The notes under the pieces are model-generated. The model was not told the DNA's origin. It did no database searches and saw nothing but the letters and a program-made list of their open reading frames with translations. From assembly GCA_002269645.1 (NCBI GenBank), contig NIVC01001540.1, positions 20,172 through 84,171 of the forward strand: a stretch of 64,000 nucleotides of DNA, given 5' to 3'. A program made the translations under genes and the position numbers. This stretch comes from Macrostomum lignano. Lineage: Eukaryota. Below are positions 62,140 through 64,000 of the stretch, in pieces; position 1 is the stretch's first letter, and the number at the start of each line of letters is the position of its first letter.

Positions 62140-64000
62140 ATTGTAGTAAATTTTTGTTTGTAATCAGGTAAAGTGGCTCGCTTGGCAAGTAAAATAAGAA
62201 GAAATCCCAAAATCAACATGTGGTTTTTTCGACGCGTTTCGCACACCAAGGTGCATCGTCAGATATATTGTTCGAAACGAAAGGTGTGAGTGTGCAAGGA
62301 TCATGTCAAACAACACATTTGATCCTTGCACGTACCAGCGCCAGCGCATCTTACCCTGCGGTAGCCAACCTGGTCAGCTCTACGGGGTCTGCAAGGTGCA
62401 CAAACCAGAAAAACCCCTCAGACCAATTGTTTCCATGGTCAACACCGCCGAATACGAGCTTGCTAAATACCTGGACTCGCTCATCAAACCTTGCATTTCT
62501 ACTGAATTCACCTCGAAATCCAACAGCGCTTTTCTGAAAGATCTTCAAAATTCGTGCTCTGACATCAAGAAGTCTGACATTCTCTGCAGTTTCGATGTTG
62601 TTTCACTCTTTACTAACATCCCCCTGAAACTTGCTATTGACCTCGCCACTGAATAAGTGTTTAAACGCAATCCTACCTCCATTTCTTTGTCTAAGGACTC
62701 TTTTAAAAAACTTCTTGGCTTTGCGACCTCTGGAATCTTCATGTTCAACAGTAAATACTACCGGCAAATTGAGGGCTGCGCCATGGGAAGTCCGCTGGCC
62801 CCTACTCTGGCTGAAGTCTGCTTGACTCATTGGGAAACCAACAACTGGATGTCCCTTGACTGTGCGCCCAAATTTTACAGACGCTATGTCGATGAAACGT
62901 TTGCCATCTTTGAAAGCAAGAACAAACTTGACCATTTCTTCCAGTCTATCAATTCCACCCATGACAATATTAAGTTCACCAATGAGATTGCTACTGACCA
63001 TAAACTTCCGTTCCTTGACCTTGACATCGATCTCAGCGGTGGGAACCTTTTCACCAAAGTTTTCCGCAAAAAAACCTTCACCAATCTCATTCTCAACTTT
63101 TATGCCGTGTGCCCCAGACAGTGGAAATCTGGTCTGATCAGATGCTTGCTTCACAGAGCCTACACTGTCTGCAACTCCTGGATCAACTTTGACCAAGAAA
63201 TTAGATTCCTGACCAAAATGCTCCAACAAAACGGTTACCCATCTGCCTTCATCCACCACAACATCCACAAATTCATTTCTGAAAGAGTGAATCACCAAAA
63301 AGTTTCCAAACCTGACCACATTGACCTTAGTGAACCAACCCTCATTCTCCCTTTCTTTGGCCATCCTTCTCTCACCTTCAAAAACAGGATTTGCAAATTA
63401 TTCCACAACTCTTTCAACAGCCAAATTCGCGTTATTTTCCGCTGTTCCAAAGTTGGCAGTTTTGTCGGTCGGTTAAAGTCACGTGTACCCCGTGCTCTGC
63501 GTGCAGGTGTTGTCTACTGTTTCAACTGCTCTGTTGACCAGAGCGTCTCCTACGTGGGGAAGACCAAAAGACACCTGCACACTAGAACCAGGGAGCACTG
63601 GCTCAAACCGTCGGCCATCCAAACCCACCTTTTGGAATGTAACAGCTGCTCTAATTGTACACAACGAAGAACGTTTTAAAATCATCGATCAATGCCCATC
63701 TGATCACAAGCTCAAGATCTTAGAAGCATTGTACATAAAAAACTAGTCGCCCACCCTTAATACGCAACTCCAACACAGTGGTGCAGGCCATGTTCTCCGT
63801 GTATTCTGAGTGAGAGAGCACTGACCTTGTTGTAAGCCAGTACTCATTCAATTATATTTTGTTTTCTGCCTATTGGTCTTCGCCCCGCCCTACGGACTAT
63901 CAACCTCCAACTACTCTGTACATACAAAATACTTACTCACCAGCTACTTGACAAATAATTTATAAATTCGCTTACTCACACCTTTCGTTTCAAACAATAT
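62140..64000 (+). mobile_element. 5'-truncated, inactivated Penelope-like retroelement (RT + GIY-YIG endonuclease) with inverted 5' pLTR; runs off the window end
   Basis: RT motifs QLYGVCKVHK..PLRPIVS, SFDVVSLFTNIP, YRQIEGCAMGSPLAP, RYVDET, LPFLD, VFRKKT. Endonuclease GVVY.FNC..SYVGKTKRHLHTRTREH..LEALYI. Lesions: in-frame TAA 62654-62656, frameshift ~63670, TAG 63744-63746. Positions 63974-64000 match the reverse complement of 62265-62291 at 26/27. Confidence 0.92.
62225..62270 (-). ncRNA. Minimal type I hammerhead ribozyme core in the inverted pLTR
   Basis: The minus strand at 62262-62231 reads CUGACGA U GCAC cuuggu GUGC GAAAC GC GUC: conserved boxes, a 4-bp stem II and a palindromic ACGCGU stem III. 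Stem I pairing is not obvious. Confidence 0.7.

Noticed and set aside
61725-62249. 174-aa minus-strand ORF upstream of the Penelope element
   Set aside because: No recognisable motifs, and it partly overlaps the non-coding inverted pLTR.

Overview
This is eukaryotic (metazoan) genomic DNA with spliceosomal introns. GC-rich exons and introns packed with unrelated tandem repeats suggest a free-living flatworm such as Macrostomum, but that is inference only. I assembled eight protein-coding genes by hand with GT-AG junctions and frame continuity: AK7 (-), Rab1 (+), MVD (+), a Trx-Trx-ERp29C (PDI-D/ERp38-type) ER protein ending in KEEL (-), a prohormone-4-like LDLa protein (+), two tandem divergent nAChR-like Cys-loop subunits (+), and NPC1 (-). 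Mobile DNA: a 5'-truncated, decayed Penelope-like element with an inverted pLTR carrying a hammerhead core, three RTE-like LINE relics, a mariner fragment, a tRNA-derived SINE and a possible Crypton fragment. About 25 micro/minisatellites are present, including a 6.6-kb 17-mer array. Most long ORFs in the supplied track are repeat artefacts. The strongest leads are: (1) the receptor pair, which lacks the ACh-binding residues and has divergent ligand domains but a near-identical pore exon; (2) an LDLa exon bracketed by inverted satellite arrays; (3) a tandem repeat that multiplies a splice donor in frame; (4) the PDI-D architecture in an animal.
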